The position numbers and the translations under genes were made by a program. A stretch of DNA of 64,000 bases from an uncultured bacterium (lineage in GTDB: Bacteria; Poribacteria; WGA-4E; WGA-3G): contig CAZZBB010000068.1 of NCBI GenBank assembly GCA_964652195.1, forward strand, positions 102,398 to 166,397, in the 5' to 3' direction. Shown piece after piece: positions 29,081 to 40,201 of the stretch; within the stretch, counting starts at the first letter, position 1, and each line of letters starts with the position of its first letter. Below the pieces are notes generated by a model that saw only the letters and a program-made list of their open reading frames with translations, was not told where the DNA came from and did no database searches.

Positions 29081-29863
29081 TTAGATCTGTAAATCTTCTG
29101 CTGTAGGATTATCTTTAAAACCCCCCGCTATAATATTGTTATATGGTTCATTTGGATCTCTTCCTACAGGTCGCATCTCAGGAGTATGATATCCGAATCG
29201 TACTGCTTTTCTCCATTGGTCTGTGCGATTAACCTCTGACCAATGTATCAAACAATAACTAAAGAAAATCACATCTCCTGCATTTGCTGGAACAGGAATA
29301 GAGTCGATAAAATCAGGATGGAATTTGTCGGTGGGAAGGTGCGGTGCTGTGCCTTCTCCAGTGATGTGTTCGCGTGGACCTTCTTTATGACTTCCTGGCA
29401 CAACTCTTAAGGCACCACTCTCAAAGGGAGCATCATCAAGATGTACAAGACAATCAACAAAATCGAGTCCATCATGTGGGTAGAACGGATAGTCTTGATG
29501 CATAGGGAAAGGTGTGCCTTTTTCAGGTGGTTTTGCGTGTAAGACAGTATGGTGCCATTGGACTCTATCTCCTATGAGAGATTGAACCGCTCCGGTTAGA
29601 CGATCATGGAAGATGACTCTACCCCAGGCTGCAGAATAAAAATGGGGATTGTGCATAAACACAGCTTTAGTAGTTTGTTGATCCTCTTCTTTCAAATACT
29701 TTGTCCGCCAAGGACCAGGCCACCCTATTGTTTCCTGACCCCAATTATTGATAATTCGCACCATCTCGGATGCCAATTCTTTTGTTTCATCAGGCGAAAA
29801 AAGTTGATCTACTTTGAGATATCCGTTCTCGTTGTAAAAATCAACTTGTTCTTGGGTTAGCAT
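29081..29863 (-). CDS. Phytanoyl-CoA dioxygenase (PhyH) family Fe(II)/2OG oxygenase
   Basis: 260 aa. Pattern 'L…EQVDFY.ENGYL…WH.D', with an HxD…H triad (HQDYPFYPHD…H). Confidence 0.7.
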   Translation of the reverse strand: MLTQEQVDFYNENGYLKVDQLFSPDETKELASEMVRIINNWGQETIGWPGPWRTKYLKEEDQQTTKAVFMHNPHFYSAAWGRVIFHDRLTGAVQSLIGDRVQWHHTVLHAKPPEKGTPFPMHQDYPFYPHDGLDFVDCLVHLDDAPFESGALRVVPGSHKEGPREHITGEGTAPHLPTDKFHPDFIDSIPVPANAGDVIFFSYCLIHWSEVNRTDQWRKAVRFGYHTPEMRPVGRDPNEPYNNIIAGGFKDNPTAEDLQI

Positions 29864-30475
29864 TAGAAACTCCTCTAAAATATGTCGATAAAAGTTATGG
29901 TTATAAAGATTTTAAGCATAAGAGGGATTAAATGTCAATATATTAATAGCAGGTTCGAAAACCCAATTTAGTTTAAAAGGAATTCTATAAACATTCCGTC
30001 CCTATCAAATCAACGGTATGAATGCCATTTAGGCATTCACTGGGACTCAAGATAATGACTAAACACTTCTTCTATTAACATTCCGTCCCTATGTGACTCA
30101 CAATGTATATATGATAATCCTTGTATAGCGTAAGTTATAATGTAATCTATCAATTCTAAATGGTATTACATAGCACTCCGCTGGAGTGCAGGATGTTGAT
30201 ACCTTTTTCTATAGACATATCACCCCTCTGGGGTGAGGAAAGTGTCAGAAAAACTGTGTGAAACGATCAAAATCTGTTCGTAGTAACTTGGGTTATAAAT
30301 AGTATCAATATTTGTGAATGTTAGATAACGTTAGTCTGAAAACTCAAATTTTTATATTCGGAGCGGTTAAAAACCGCTCCTACCAAGTCTATAAGAGCAT
30401 TATTATTGGAAAAATGGAGTTCATATTCCTATAATCTAACTCACGTTTAGATAACTATTAATTGAATAACTAATA

Positions 30476-31117
30476 CTATCGAGGTATTAGTTTCTTATGA
30501 ATTTGCAATAGTCTTTCAAGTTCTTGAATTGGTTTTTCTGCGTCATCAACTCTTAGATCTATATATCGGTCATTAAATCCGCTGTATCCACCATTTTTCC
30601 TAACGATAAATAAGGCAGCGGATTGTTGTCCTCGTTTATCTCCTCCACTCTTCTGACCGGCTACAAGAGCTGCAACTAATTTGTCTGCTAATTCTCCCTC
30701 TGTCTCTTCAAAGGTTAATCCCATCTTTTCTACGACTTCTTCACCAGTCAGCAGATTCCCTTGTGCGGTGTAATTCTCTCCAGAATAAGCACCTGCCCAT
30801 TCATGACATTCTTCACCTGTATAGTTTGCCACATTACCTTGTGCGTCAATAATACCGACCTGACGTGTTTTCCTTCCGGTATCGTCTTCTAACAGATGGT
30901 CTAAAGTTTGTTGTGTAGAAAGTCCTATTTTCAATAATTCTAATCCTCTGGGACCATAGGTAGTATTTGCCCAAGATTGTGTGGCAATAGCTCCAATTCC
31001 AGCTTCTGCCCATGGTACGACTGAACCTACTGCGAAAAACTTCGATTGAACAGCAATACCTAAATCTTCATTTGTTGGATCAAAACCTACTATTGAAAAA
31101 GTTGAAATTGGAGTCAT
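30476..31117 (-). CDS. DUF1028-like (Ntn-hydrolase fold) protein
   Basis: 213 aa. N-terminal 'TFSIVGFDP..LGIAVQSKF.AVGS.VPWA.AG.GA.ATQ' resembles DUF1028 proteins. Confidence 0.45.
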   Translation of the reverse strand: MTPISTFSIVGFDPTNEDLGIAVQSKFFAVGSVVPWAEAGIGAIATQSWANTTYGPRGLELLKIGLSTQQTLDHLLEDDTGRKTRQVGIIDAQGNVANYTGEECHEWAGAYSGENYTAQGNLLTGEEVVEKMGLTFEETEGELADKLVAALVAGQKSGGDKRGQQSAALFIVRKNGGYSGFNDRYIDLRVDDAEKPIQELERLLQIHKKLIPR

Positions 31118-31185
31118 GATAGGATATTGTTAACTAATCTGATATATAATTTATGCTTATTGTGTATTATTATTTGAGGAAATGA

Positions 31186-32481
31186 TTAATCTTCAAATCT
31201 AATTTTCAAGGCAGCAGCGTGCCCTTCCAAACCTTCAATTTGTGCAAGTTCTACAGCATCGGGTGTGACCTTCTCCAATGCAGTTTTAGTGTATGAGATT
31301 AAACTTGTCTTCTTTAGGAAATCATCCACACTTAATGGAGATGCGTAACGAGCAGCCCTTCCTGTAGGTAATATATGGTTAGGTCCGGCAATGTAATCAC
31401 CTACTGCTTCAGGAGAATAAGGACCGATTAGAATTGCCCCTGCATTTCTAATCTGTCCTATCCAATCAAATGGCTCCTCCAAATGTAATTCTACATGTTC
31501 AGGAGCAATTTCGTTTGTTAGATCTATGGCTTCAGAAATATCATTCACTAAAAATGCAACACCATAATTTTCAAATGCTTTAACAAGTTCATATTGTCGT
31601 GGAAAAGTACGTGCTTGTATTTCTATAGCTGCTTTTACTTGTTCTGCGAAACCTCTCGATGTTGTAAGAAGAATCGCTGAACATTCCGGTCCATGTTCTG
31701 CTTGAGAAATTAGATCAGCAGCAACATAATCGGGGTCAGCAGTACTATCTGCAATGACGAGAATCTCACTTGGTCCGGCTAATTTATCAATATCTACATG
31801 CCCATATACCTCTTTTTTGGCAAGTTGTACATATAAGTTCCCGGGACCAACAATTTTATCTACTGGAGATATTGACTCAGTTCCATAAGCCATAGCTCCA
31901 ACTGCCTGTGCACCACCACATTTATATATTTCATCAATTTCACATTCTGCTGCAGCCACTAACATGTGTGGATTAATCTGACGATTTCTCATTGGTCCCA
32001 TACAGACTGCTATTTCTTCGACACCAGCAACTTTCGCAGGAACAACACTCATCAACAATGATGAAACTAAGAGTTGACTAACTGAAGGCACACAAACACC
32101 TACACGTTTAAGTGGATTGATTATATGCCCAAGTAAGACGCCATCTTCTTCAGTTGAAAACCACGATGACCTCATCTGCTTTTGGTGGAAATCTTGTATG
32201 TTTTTGTTAGCATGATTAATAGCATCAATAAAGTCTTCATTTACCTCAGAATATGCATTTTTAAATTCTTTAGGTTGAACTCTCAGAGCTTTTGAGGGTA
32301 ATCGTGGTGCGTCAAGTTTGCGAGTATATCGTGCTACAGCTTTATCACCTTCAGCTTGTACATCTGATAAAGTCCGTCTTACCGTTTTAAGAATGTCTTC
32401 ATCTGTTAGCCTACCCCGTTCATTTAACTTGGTAAGAAATTTATCGCTTTCTGGTGTTTGTATGTCAAGTATTTGAAACAT
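31186..32481 (-). CDS. hisD: Histidinol dehydrogenase
   Basis: 431 aa with conserved HisD blocks (GPGN.YV, …QAEHGPE…). Confidence 0.9.
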   Translation of the reverse strand: MFQILDIQTPESDKFLTKLNERGRLTDEDILKTVRRTLSDVQAEGDKAVARYTRKLDAPRLPSKALRVQPKEFKNAYSEVNEDFIDAINHANKNIQDFHQKQMRSSWFSTEEDGVLLGHIINPLKRVGVCVPSVSQLLVSSLLMSVVPAKVAGVEEIAVCMGPMRNRQINPHMLVAAAECEIDEIYKCGGAQAVGAMAYGTESISPVDKIVGPGNLYVQLAKKEVYGHVDIDKLAGPSEILVIADSTADPDYVAADLISQAEHGPECSAILLTTSRGFAEQVKAAIEIQARTFPRQYELVKAFENYGVAFLVNDISEAIDLTNEIAPEHVELHLEEPFDWIGQIRNAGAILIGPYSPEAVGDYIAGPNHILPTGRAARYASPLSVDDFLKKTSLISYTKTALEKVTPDAVELAQIEGLEGHAAALKIRFED

Positions 32482-32524
32482 TGATGTAAATTGCTCCGTA
32501 TCAGATAACCGTAACTACCATAAC

Positions 32525-33796
32525 CTAATTGGATACATCTATCCTTTGTATTTCTGCGCCAATACTATTTAATTTTTCTTCAATTGCCTCGTATCCTCTA
32601 TCAATATGATATATTCTTGATACAACAGTCTCCCCTATTGCTGCCATCCCTGCAATAACGAGTACTGCTCCAGCACGCAGATCAGAAGCCATTACAGGTG
32701 CACCACTGAGAGATGAAACACCATTTATAATTGCTTTTCGTCCATCAAGTCTAATATCCGCGCCCATTCTATTGAGTTCTGCAGTATGGATATATCTATC
32801 AGTATGTACATTTTCAGTAATAGTACTGGTTCCGGAAGCAAGACATAATAATCCCATAATTTGTGCTTGCATATCTGTAGGAAACCCAGGGAATGGAACT
32901 GTTTTTACCTCAACAGCCTTTAGCTGTCGTGGTGTGGTTACTCTAACCCCATCATCATCCCAGTTTAAATCCACCCCCATTTCAGTTAATTTATTTGACA
33001 CAGCAGGTAGTTGTTCTTGTGTAATACCTTGAATATAAACATTTCCATTGGTAATTGCACTTGCCACCATAAATGTACCAGCCTCAATATCATCAGAAAT
33101 GACATCATATTCTGTTCCATATAACTGTTTCACCCCATGTATGCTCAAAGTGTCCGTTCCAATACCATCAATTTCAGCCCCCATGGCAATTAGAAAGTTA
33201 GCAAGGTCAGTAATATGTGGTTCGCGTGCGGCCCCATTAATTACTGTAGTTCCTTCAGCTAAAGTGGCTGCCATCATTACGTTTGCGGTTGCGCCGACAC
33301 TTGGACCGTGTTGTCCAATTAAATCTATATCTGTTCCGATTAATTTTCTTGCTTGAGCATAAATATAACCTTCTTTTACATCTACTTTCGCTCCTAAACG
33401 TGTTAAGCCGCGAATATGTAAATCAACCGGACGAGGACCAATTGCACATCCTCCAGGAAATGAAACCTTAGCACGACCAAGTTTTGCAACCAGTGGACCG
33501 AGAACATAGATTGAAGCTCGCATCCTACGTACTAAATCATAAGGTGCTTCATACTCCATTCGATTTATCGGCTCAATACATAGTGTAGAATCTTTTAGCT
33601 TTGTTGTTGCCCCAAGACCTTCTAATACTGCACTTAGAGTTCTTACATCTGTTAGGTTTGGTACATTGTGTAATACCGTTGTACTATCACCCAAGATAGC
33701 CGCAGCAACCGCGATTGGAAGAACTGCGTTCTTAGAACCGCTTATCTGTACTTTTCCTTCAAGTTTTGTACCGCCATTGACAATGAATTTTTCCAT
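32525..33796 (-). CDS. murA: UDP-N-acetylglucosamine 1-carboxyvinyltransferase
   Basis: 423 aa. 'ISGSKNAVLPI' N-terminus and EPSP-synthase fold blocks. Confidence 0.9.
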   Translation of the reverse strand: MEKFIVNGGTKLEGKVQISGSKNAVLPIAVAAAILGDSTTVLHNVPNLTDVRTLSAVLEGLGATTKLKDSTLCIEPINRMEYEAPYDLVRRMRASIYVLGPLVAKLGRAKVSFPGGCAIGPRPVDLHIRGLTRLGAKVDVKEGYIYAQARKLIGTDIDLIGQHGPSVGATANVMMAATLAEGTTVINGAAREPHITDLANFLIAMGAEIDGIGTDTLSIHGVKQLYGTEYDVISDDIEAGTFMVASAITNGNVYIQGITQEQLPAVSNKLTEMGVDLNWDDDGVRVTTPRQLKAVEVKTVPFPGFPTDMQAQIMGLLCLASGTSTITENVHTDRYIHTAELNRMGADIRLDGRKAIINGVSSLSGAPVMASDLRAGAVLVIAGMAAIGETVVSRIYHIDRGYEAIEEKLNSIGAEIQRIDVSN

Positions 33797-34113
33797 TTTT
33801 TTCCTCTATTTATGAATAAATGTATATTATAAATTTTATCGTTTGATGTAATATACTTTTGTCTTGCATAAACGATGCCAATGACTTACTTGTTACAATT
33901 ACTGTTTTTATAGGAATTAGTTTAATAATATTTGTATAAATTAAACCACATGTTGTGTTAAATGGTGATAAATGACTCCTGCTTAGATACATTTGTATTA
34001 TATCATACTTATACAGATATCCTCTATGTCTTTGTAGATAATAGGTGTGTTATGTTTTGGTCATTTTATGTAAAATCTTTTTACTTGACAGAAGCGTTTT
34101 TATACCTTAGAAT

Positions 34114-35067
34114 TTGATAAATGTAGAAATCGGATTCAACCATATGAATACAAGTCGAAAACCAAATCACTATTTCCAAGATTTAGACGAAATTAACTGT
34201 CTTACAATTTGGGGTGTTGGCTTAATTGGGGGTTCACTTGGCTTAGCGTTGAAGAGGAATGGATTTAAAGGAAAACTGGTAGGTTTAGGTAGAAACTTAG
34301 AACGGCTACAAGTTGCCTTGGACCTTGATGCGGTTGATTCTATTACTACGGATACACAAGAGGGAATATTTGAAAGCGAACTCATAGTGCTATGTACACC
34401 TGTAAGTATTGTACCAGAGAATGTAATACAAATAGCGAAATATAAACAAACCCTTAATATACCCACTATAATTACTGATGTTGGAAGTACAAAATCATCC
34501 TTAGTAAGAACTATTGAAAGAGAACTAAAATTATTTAGTGATGATACTGTATCTTTCGTTGGTGGACACCCGATGGCAGGTTCACACGAATCAGGTGTTA
34601 TATCAGCAAAATATTCCATGTTTGAAGGAGCGACATGTATCATCACACCTACTGAAACCACTGATCAACATTCACTCAATACAATAAGAGAGTTGTGGAA
34701 ATTTGTAGGATCACAGCCCTATGAATGTTCACCTGAAGTCCATGATTTACTCATCGGTGCGGCGAGTCATTTTCCACATTTAGTCGCGAGTTTACTGACA
34801 AATACCGTTGCTGATGTTAATACTCCAAATGGTAGAGCATTGGATTTTACTGCAACAGGATTTCGCGATACTACCCGTATAGCAGCCGGTTCACCTGATT
34901 TGTGGACTGGTATTTTTATGCAAAATAACGAAGTAATGATTTCATTAATAGATGATTTTGTGGTTAGATTAACTGACTTAAAAAACCTACTTCAGTCTAA
35001 TGATTGTGTTGAAATAGGCCGTATTCTGAGTGAAGCAGAAACTACCGTGAAAGAAATAATGGTATAG
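34114..35067 (+). CDS. tyrA: Prephenate/arogenate dehydrogenase
   Basis: Rossmann 'IWGVGLIGGSLGLAL'. TyrA-family 'GGHPMAGSE' motif. Confidence 0.8.
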   Translation: MINVEIGFNHMNTSRKPNHYFQDLDEINCLTIWGVGLIGGSLGLALKRNGFKGKLVGLGRNLERLQVALDLDAVDSITTDTQEGIFESELIVLCTPVSIVPENVIQIAKYKQTLNIPTIITDVGSTKSSLVRTIERELKLFSDDTVSFVGGHPMAGSHESGVISAKYSMFEGATCIITPTETTDQHSLNTIRELWKFVGSQPYECSPEVHDLLIGAASHFPHLVASLLTNTVADVNTPNGRALDFTATGFRDTTRIAAGSPDLWTGIFMQNNEVMISLIDDFVVRLTDLKNLLQSNDCVEIGRILSEAETTVKEIMV

Positions 35068-35075
35068 TTTGTTAA

Positions 35076-35753
35076 ATGAAGAGAATAACTAATCATATTA
35101 AGATTGCTATAGATGGTCCCGCAGGATCTGGCAAAAGTACTGTTGCACAGAAAGTAGCTGAAAAACTGGGACTACTGTATCTTGATTCTGGAGCCATGTA
35201 TAGAGCAGTTACAGTTCTGGCAATCGAAAATGGTGTTGAAACAAATATCCCCGAACTCATCAAATTGGCTAAAAAATGTCATATCGAATTTAGTGAAAAT
35301 GGAAAATCAATATTTCTCAATTCCGAAGATATTTCTACTCAGATACGATCTCCAGAAGTAAATACATTAGTAGCAGATATTGCAAAAGTCCCTCAAATTC
35401 GAACAGAGATAGTTAGACACCAGAGGAGAATTGGTGATGAAGGAAGCATCATTGCTGAGGGAAGAGATTTGACCACCATTGTTTTTCCAGATGCTGATTA
35501 TAAATTTTATCTTGATGCATCAGTAAAGGAAAGAGCCAAACGAAGGTATGCAGAACTTCTGTCGCAAAACGTGAATACTACTTTACAATCTGTTGAAGAA
35601 GCAATACAAACACGAGATGAGAAGGACACTACAAGAGAGCATAGTCCTCTTAGTGTAGCTCAAGATGCTGTCTGTGTGGATACAACTGGAATGACTATAG
35701 ATGAAGTCGTTGATCATATTATTTCTAAGGTTTCCAAAGATAATTACCAATAA
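35076..35753 (+). CDS. cmk: Cytidylate kinase
   Basis: 'IAIDGPAGSGKSTVA', 'LDSGAMYRA'. Confidence 0.9.
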   Translation: MKRITNHIKIAIDGPAGSGKSTVAQKVAEKLGLLYLDSGAMYRAVTVLAIENGVETNIPELIKLAKKCHIEFSENGKSIFLNSEDISTQIRSPEVNTLVADIAKVPQIRTEIVRHQRRIGDEGSIIAEGRDLTTIVFPDADYKFYLDASVKERAKRRYAELLSQNVNTTLQSVEEAIQTRDEKDTTREHSPLSVAQDAVCVDTTGMTIDEVVDHIISKVSKDNYQ

Positions 35754-35790
35754 ACAATTGATAGGAAGGATTAGTATCGTTAGCTATTAT

Positions 35791-35830
35791 AGGTTTTACT
35801 ATGGATTATTAGGTTTTACTATGGATTATT
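35791..35830. repeat. Tandem duplication of a 20-bp unit (AGGTTTTACTATGGATTATT x2) spanning the plsC start codon
   Basis: Read from the sequence. The first ATG copy is followed by an in-frame TAG; the second is the real start. Confidence 0.8.
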
Positions 35831-36477
35831 CAAAATATGGAATCTATTTACCTCGCCGTCTATACAGGTGGAGCCATCGTCTGACAAGACTCTTCTTTAA
35901 GATCATGGGCAATCTCAAAGTAAGTGGGGTGGATAGTATACCTAACGAAGGTGGCGTACTAATTGTATCTAACCATGTTAGTCTATTAGATCCTGTAATT
36001 GTGGGTTCAGCGGTAAATCGTGAGATACATTTCATGGCACGGAGCGATGTCTTTAAGATCCCTCTCTTAGGGAAAATAATCACTGCATATAATGCTTTTC
36101 CTGTTAACAGATGGGCCCCTGATTTAGGAGCATTAAGAAGGACAATATCACTATTAAAGGCAGGAAATGCTGTTCTCATGTTTCCTGAGGGAACACGTAG
36201 TGCTGATGGAACATTGGGAAAAACGAATGATGGTGCGTGCTTTATTGCCCATCGTGCGAATGTTCCCACAATTCCTGTTTACCATAGTGGTGTACAAAAG
36301 ATGTTACCGCGTGGAAGTAGGCGTTTACGGAGAGCGAAACTTTCGGTCTCATTTGGGGAACCAATTGATTTTTCAGAAATAGTGGAAACAGAGGTAAAAC
36401 GTGAAATGTATCAACAGATGGGTATACGGATGATTGATGCAATCACAAAGTTATCGAAGGATAGTACGCATTACTAA
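35821..36477 (+). CDS. plsC: 1-acyl-sn-glycerol-3-phosphate acyltransferase (lysophospholipid acyltransferase)
   Basis: HxxxxD motif 'NHVSLLD', plus 'FPEGTRS'. Start taken at 'MDYSKYG'. Confidence 0.8.
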   Translation: MDYSKYGIYLPRRLYRWSHRLTRLFFKIMGNLKVSGVDSIPNEGGVLIVSNHVSLLDPVIVGSAVNREIHFMARSDVFKIPLLGKIITAYNAFPVNRWAPDLGALRRTISLLKAGNAVLMFPEGTRSADGTLGKTNDGACFIAHRANVPTIPVYHSGVQKMLPRGSRRLRRAKLSVSFGEPIDFSEIVETEVKREMYQQMGIRMIDAITKLSKDSTHY

Positions 36478-36505
36478 GGAGCCGTAATTATTTCCTCTGG
36501 TGAAT

Positions 36506-37621
36506 TCAGTTTGAAGTATTTGCTAAGATATTTAATACATCACCTTCCTGAACAATATATGCTTTCCCTTCTGCCCTTAACATTCCTTTATTCCGTGCTT
36601 GTATAAATCCTTTAGAACTAACTAAGTCCTCCCAATTTATACATTCAGCTCGTATGAAACCTTGTTCAAAATCGGTATGAATTAGACCTGCTGCCTTAAC
36701 TGCAGTTTGTCCACTTTTTAGAGTCCATGCTCGTACTTCTTTTGGTCCACCAGTAAAAAAAGTAATCAGTCCCATTAAATTATATGATGTTTGAATAAAC
36801 CTATCTAATGCGGATTCATTCAAACCCATCTCTGATAAGAACACTCTTGCATCTTCAGAATCAAGTTGTGCGATTTCCATTTCTAATTGTGCCGCAAGGA
36901 CAATAACAGCGGTTTGATCTTGTTCTTCATACCTTAGAATAGGATTAATGAGTTTATCAGAATATTGTAATTGTTCTTCGCCGATATTGCAGATTAATAA
37001 CAATGGTTTCAAGGTTAAAAAGCCATACCCGCGAATCAGTTTCTCGTCATTATCTGAAATAGGAATAGAACGTAAAGGATTGCCAGCCTCTAAATTATCT
37101 TTAAATTGTTCTAAAATACGAAATTCATTTAGAAGTTCTTGAGATTTTTGATTCTTTAGTTGTTTTTCAAGTCTATCTAATCTACCAACTATAATTTGAA
37201 GATCAGACATTATGAATTCAATATTTACAGTATCAATATCTCTTTCAGGATCTATTGTTCCGTCAACATGTGGAACTCTGTCATCCTCAAAGAGTCTAAC
37301 AACGTGTGCGAGTGAATCAACTGTTCGTAATTCAGCCAAGTAAGCACTATCTAATTCTGATAGATCAGTAGTATCAACTTCTGTTTTTGTATTTGCAAAT
37401 TCTGTCCCCCCACCATCAACATAATCAATTGTTGCGTTTATTATTTTTTCTGAACCAAAAATTGGAACTAACTGACTTAGTCTATCATCTGGAACAGGAA
37501 CAGTACTGAGATTTATCTTTTTATTTCCTGTATAACCACCAATTTCAGCATTCGATTTGGCAAGTGCATTGAATACTGTGGTTTTACCTACATGTGGACG
37601 ACCTACAATTCCTATTTTCAT
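36506..37621 (-). CDS. ychF: Redox-regulated ribosome-binding ATPase YchF
   Basis: 'MKIGIVGRPHVGKTT…' G1 motif and TGS C-terminal domain. The ORF-track N-terminal 27 aa are probably an extension. Confidence 0.9.
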   Translation of the reverse strand: MKIGIVGRPHVGKTTVFNALAKSNAEIGGYTGNKKINLSTVPVPDDRLSQLVPIFGSEKIINATIDYVDGGGTEFANTKTEVDTTDLSELDSAYLAELRTVDSLAHVVRLFEDDRVPHVDGTIDPERDIDTVNIEFIMSDLQIIVGRLDRLEKQLKNQKSQELLNEFRILEQFKDNLEAGNPLRSIPISDNDEKLIRGYGFLTLKPLLLICNIGEEQLQYSDKLINPILRYEEQDQTAVIVLAAQLEMEIAQLDSEDARVFLSEMGLNESALDRFIQTSYNLMGLITFFTGGPKEVRAWTLKSGQTAVKAAGLIHTDFEQGFIRAECINWEDLVSSKGFIQARNKGMLRAEGKAYIVQEGDVLNILANTSN

Positions 37622-37763
37622 TTTCCTTATTTCTATTTTAGTATTACCTTTGCTATTTGAAATTACACAACTAAGTAACACGACGAAGTTAATGTGATAC
37701 AATAGATAATCATTATCATTTCCATTTGACTACAATCTGAGATAATGCTAATATTTCCATAAA

Positions 37764-38186
37764 ATGTATGACACTACTCTATCTGAGGATATACGCATGA
37801 GTACTCAAACTCGAAATTGGAAGAAGCATATTACGAAGGCATTAACTATATTATTAATTTTGATGGTTGTTCTGGCAATTATTCAATGGTTTATTATACA
37901 AGGCTTATTCGGTTTTGCTGCGGAAATGCTCAAAGATGGTATGGTAAGACAAGCTCCTGACGAAGTTAATCGTGAATATATTATAAATACTATTGAACGT
38001 GTTAAAATGCGTGTTAACCAATTACCGTTTAGCTATATCACTGGGAAATTAGATTTACGGAAAATAAAAGCAGCAGGTGAATATGTCAGTGTAGTAAATG
38101 AAGATGGAACATGGCAAGCAGATGAAATTAACAATCTTTTACAAATTCTAAATGCTTCAGTTGGTTTCAAACAGGAAACAGAGTGA
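37764..38186 (+). CDS. Hypothetical single-pass membrane protein
   Basis: 140 aa with one TM helix. Ends with a TGA stop. Confidence 0.35.
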   Translation: MYDTTLSEDIRMSTQTRNWKKHITKALTILLILMVVLAIIQWFIIQGLFGFAAEMLKDGMVRQAPDEVNREYIINTIERVKMRVNQLPFSYITGKLDLRKIKAAGEYVSVVNEDGTWQADEINNLLQILNASVGFKQETE

Positions 38187-38189
38187 TTA

Positions 38190-38948
38190 ATGTCACTACA
38201 AATTACACCCCCCTATGAGAAGTTTTCTTATGCCTACGACAGGATGATGAAAAATGTAAATTATCCGCGTTGGATGCAATACATTGAATCCATCTTTGAA
38301 AGATACGGTTCAAATCCAAGAAAGATTCTTGATCTGGCATGTGGCACGGGAACACTAACTCTACTATTAGCCTCTAAGGGGTATGAAATGTCTGGAATTG
38401 ATAGAGCATCAGGCATGTTAGAAATTGCAAGGCAAAAAGCAGTAAGTCAAGATTTAAATGTTACATTTCATCAAGGGAATATGCTAAATTTAGACTTAAA
38501 TTATAAGTTTGATGCAATTTTATGTACCTATGACAGCATCAACTATGCTTGTAATGAAGATGAGTTATGTAGTACTTTTAACTCTATATCCTCCCATCTT
38601 CAACCTGACGGTCTCTTCATTTTTGATGTCACTACAGAACGAAATATCGTAGAACACTTTCACAATAAGACGTTTTCTGAAAACCACGAGGATTACTCGT
38701 ACATCTGGAAGAATAATTATCTACACCATTCCAAATTGTGTCGAACGTTTCTGACCTTCTTTATAAAAGAGGGAGATGTATTTAGACGTTATGAAGAGAT
38801 CCACAATCAAAGGATTTTCGATGTAGCCACAATAAACGAATTATTAGTGTGTTCAGGATATAAAATGTTAAGTGCCTATGATATGTATACTTTCAATCGA
38901 TGGACTCGAAATTCAGACCGAATTAACTTTACTGCCCAATTGGTTTAA
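38190..38948 (+). CDS. Class I SAM-dependent methyltransferase
   Basis: Motif I 'LDLACGTGTLTLLLA'. Confidence 0.7.
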   Translation: MSLQITPPYEKFSYAYDRMMKNVNYPRWMQYIESIFERYGSNPRKILDLACGTGTLTLLLASKGYEMSGIDRASGMLEIARQKAVSQDLNVTFHQGNMLNLDLNYKFDAILCTYDSINYACNEDELCSTFNSISSHLQPDGLFIFDVTTERNIVEHFHNKTFSENHEDYSYIWKNNYLHHSKLCRTFLTFFIKEGDVFRRYEEIHNQRIFDVATINELLVCSGYKMLSAYDMYTFNRWTRNSDRINFTAQLV

Positions 38949-38981
38949 TCTATACCCTGATTACCATTTGAATTTCAGTTG

Positions 38982-40034
38982 CTATAACCCTTCAGCGATT
39001 AAATCTCCAACTTCTTCAGTCGTATAACCCATTCGTCCTGCCCCAAGGTCTTTTATTTTTCCACTCGCTAGTAAATTAGTGACAGAATTTTCTACTTTTT
39101 TGGCAGCATCATTGTGTCCAAGATGGTCTAACATCATTCCTGCTGCACCTATAGCAGCGATTGGATTGATTTGATTCTTGCCTGTATATCGTGGTGCAGA
39201 TCCATGAATAGGTTCAAACATAGCAACACTCTCTGGGTTGAGATTTCCAGAAGCTGCAACACCCATACCTCCTTGTATCATTGCGCCAAGGTCAGTTATG
39301 ATGTCCCCAAACATATTACATGTGACAATTACGTCAAACCATTCAGGATTTTTTACCATCCACATCGTGATTGCATCGACAAAAGCATATTCTTTGTTAA
39401 TATCTGTAAAGTCTTCTGCAACCTCATCAAAAACGCGTCTCCACAGATCGTGTGCGTAGGTTAAAACGTTTGCCTTGTCACAAAGTGTAAGAGTATTCTC
39501 TTTATTTCTCTTCTGAGTCAATTCAAATGCATATCTGACACAACGTTCAACACCTTTATATGTGTTAATCATTTCTTGGATAACTACTTCGTCTTTTGTA
39601 CCACGTTTCAGGAAACCACCGATTCCAGCATATAATCCTTCAGTGTTTTCTCTGACGATTATAAAGTCAATTTCTTCAGGACCTTTATCTTTTAATGGTG
39701 TTGGAACACCTGGATATAGTTTAACAGGACGAAGATTTATATACAGATCAAGTTCAAACCGTACCTTTAGCAAGATACCCTCTTCTAATATACCGGGTTT
39801 GACATCTGGATGTCCTATTGCCCCTAAATAGATCGCATCAAGTCCGCGTAATTCTTCTAAAACTGAATCTGGTAACACTTCTCCAGTTGCAAGATATCGG
39901 TCTCCTCCGACATCATAATCAACGGTTTCGTATTTTATACCATCTTGTTCTGCTGCAGCCCCGAATACTTTCATTGCCTCGCGTGTGACTTCGGGGCCTA
40001 TTCCGTCTCCAGGGATAAGACCGATTTTATACAT
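38982..40034 (-). CDS. Isocitrate/isopropylmalate dehydrogenase family enzyme (LeuB/tartrate-dehydrogenase-like)
   Basis: '[13 protein letters not shown]' and '[12 protein letters not shown]…ASGNLNPE'. The ORF-track N-terminal 23 aa are probably spurious. No adjacent leuCD. Confidence 0.8.
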   Translation of the reverse strand: MYKIGLIPGDGIGPEVTREAMKVFGAAAEQDGIKYETVDYDVGGDRYLATGEVLPDSVLEELRGLDAIYLGAIGHPDVKPGILEEGILLKVRFELDLYINLRPVKLYPGVPTPLKDKGPEEIDFIIVRENTEGLYAGIGGFLKRGTKDEVVIQEMINTYKGVERCVRYAFELTQKRNKENTLTLCDKANVLTYAHDLWRRVFDEVAEDFTDINKEYAFVDAITMWMVKNPEWFDVIVTCNMFGDIITDLGAMIQGGMGVAASGNLNPESVAMFEPIHGSAPRYTGKNQINPIAAIGAAGMMLDHLGHNDAAKKVENSVTNLLASGKIKDLGAGRMGYTTEEVGDLIAEGL

Positions 40035-40201
40035 TAATTTTCTCCATACTATTTGCTTAAATAATTGATGGTATATTTTAACATAATTAAACCAGTATTG
40101 CAAATTATGAGAAGTCTAATGAGTAGGATAACGCTTTTGTTTTACTATTGTTCTATATACATTGTAATACCGGAAAACCAATGAATTTTAATTTTTGTTG
40201 A

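Noticed and set aside
29940-29955. 'GGTTCGAAAACC' T-arm-like string
   Set aside because: An isolated 4-bp hairpin with no tRNA context.
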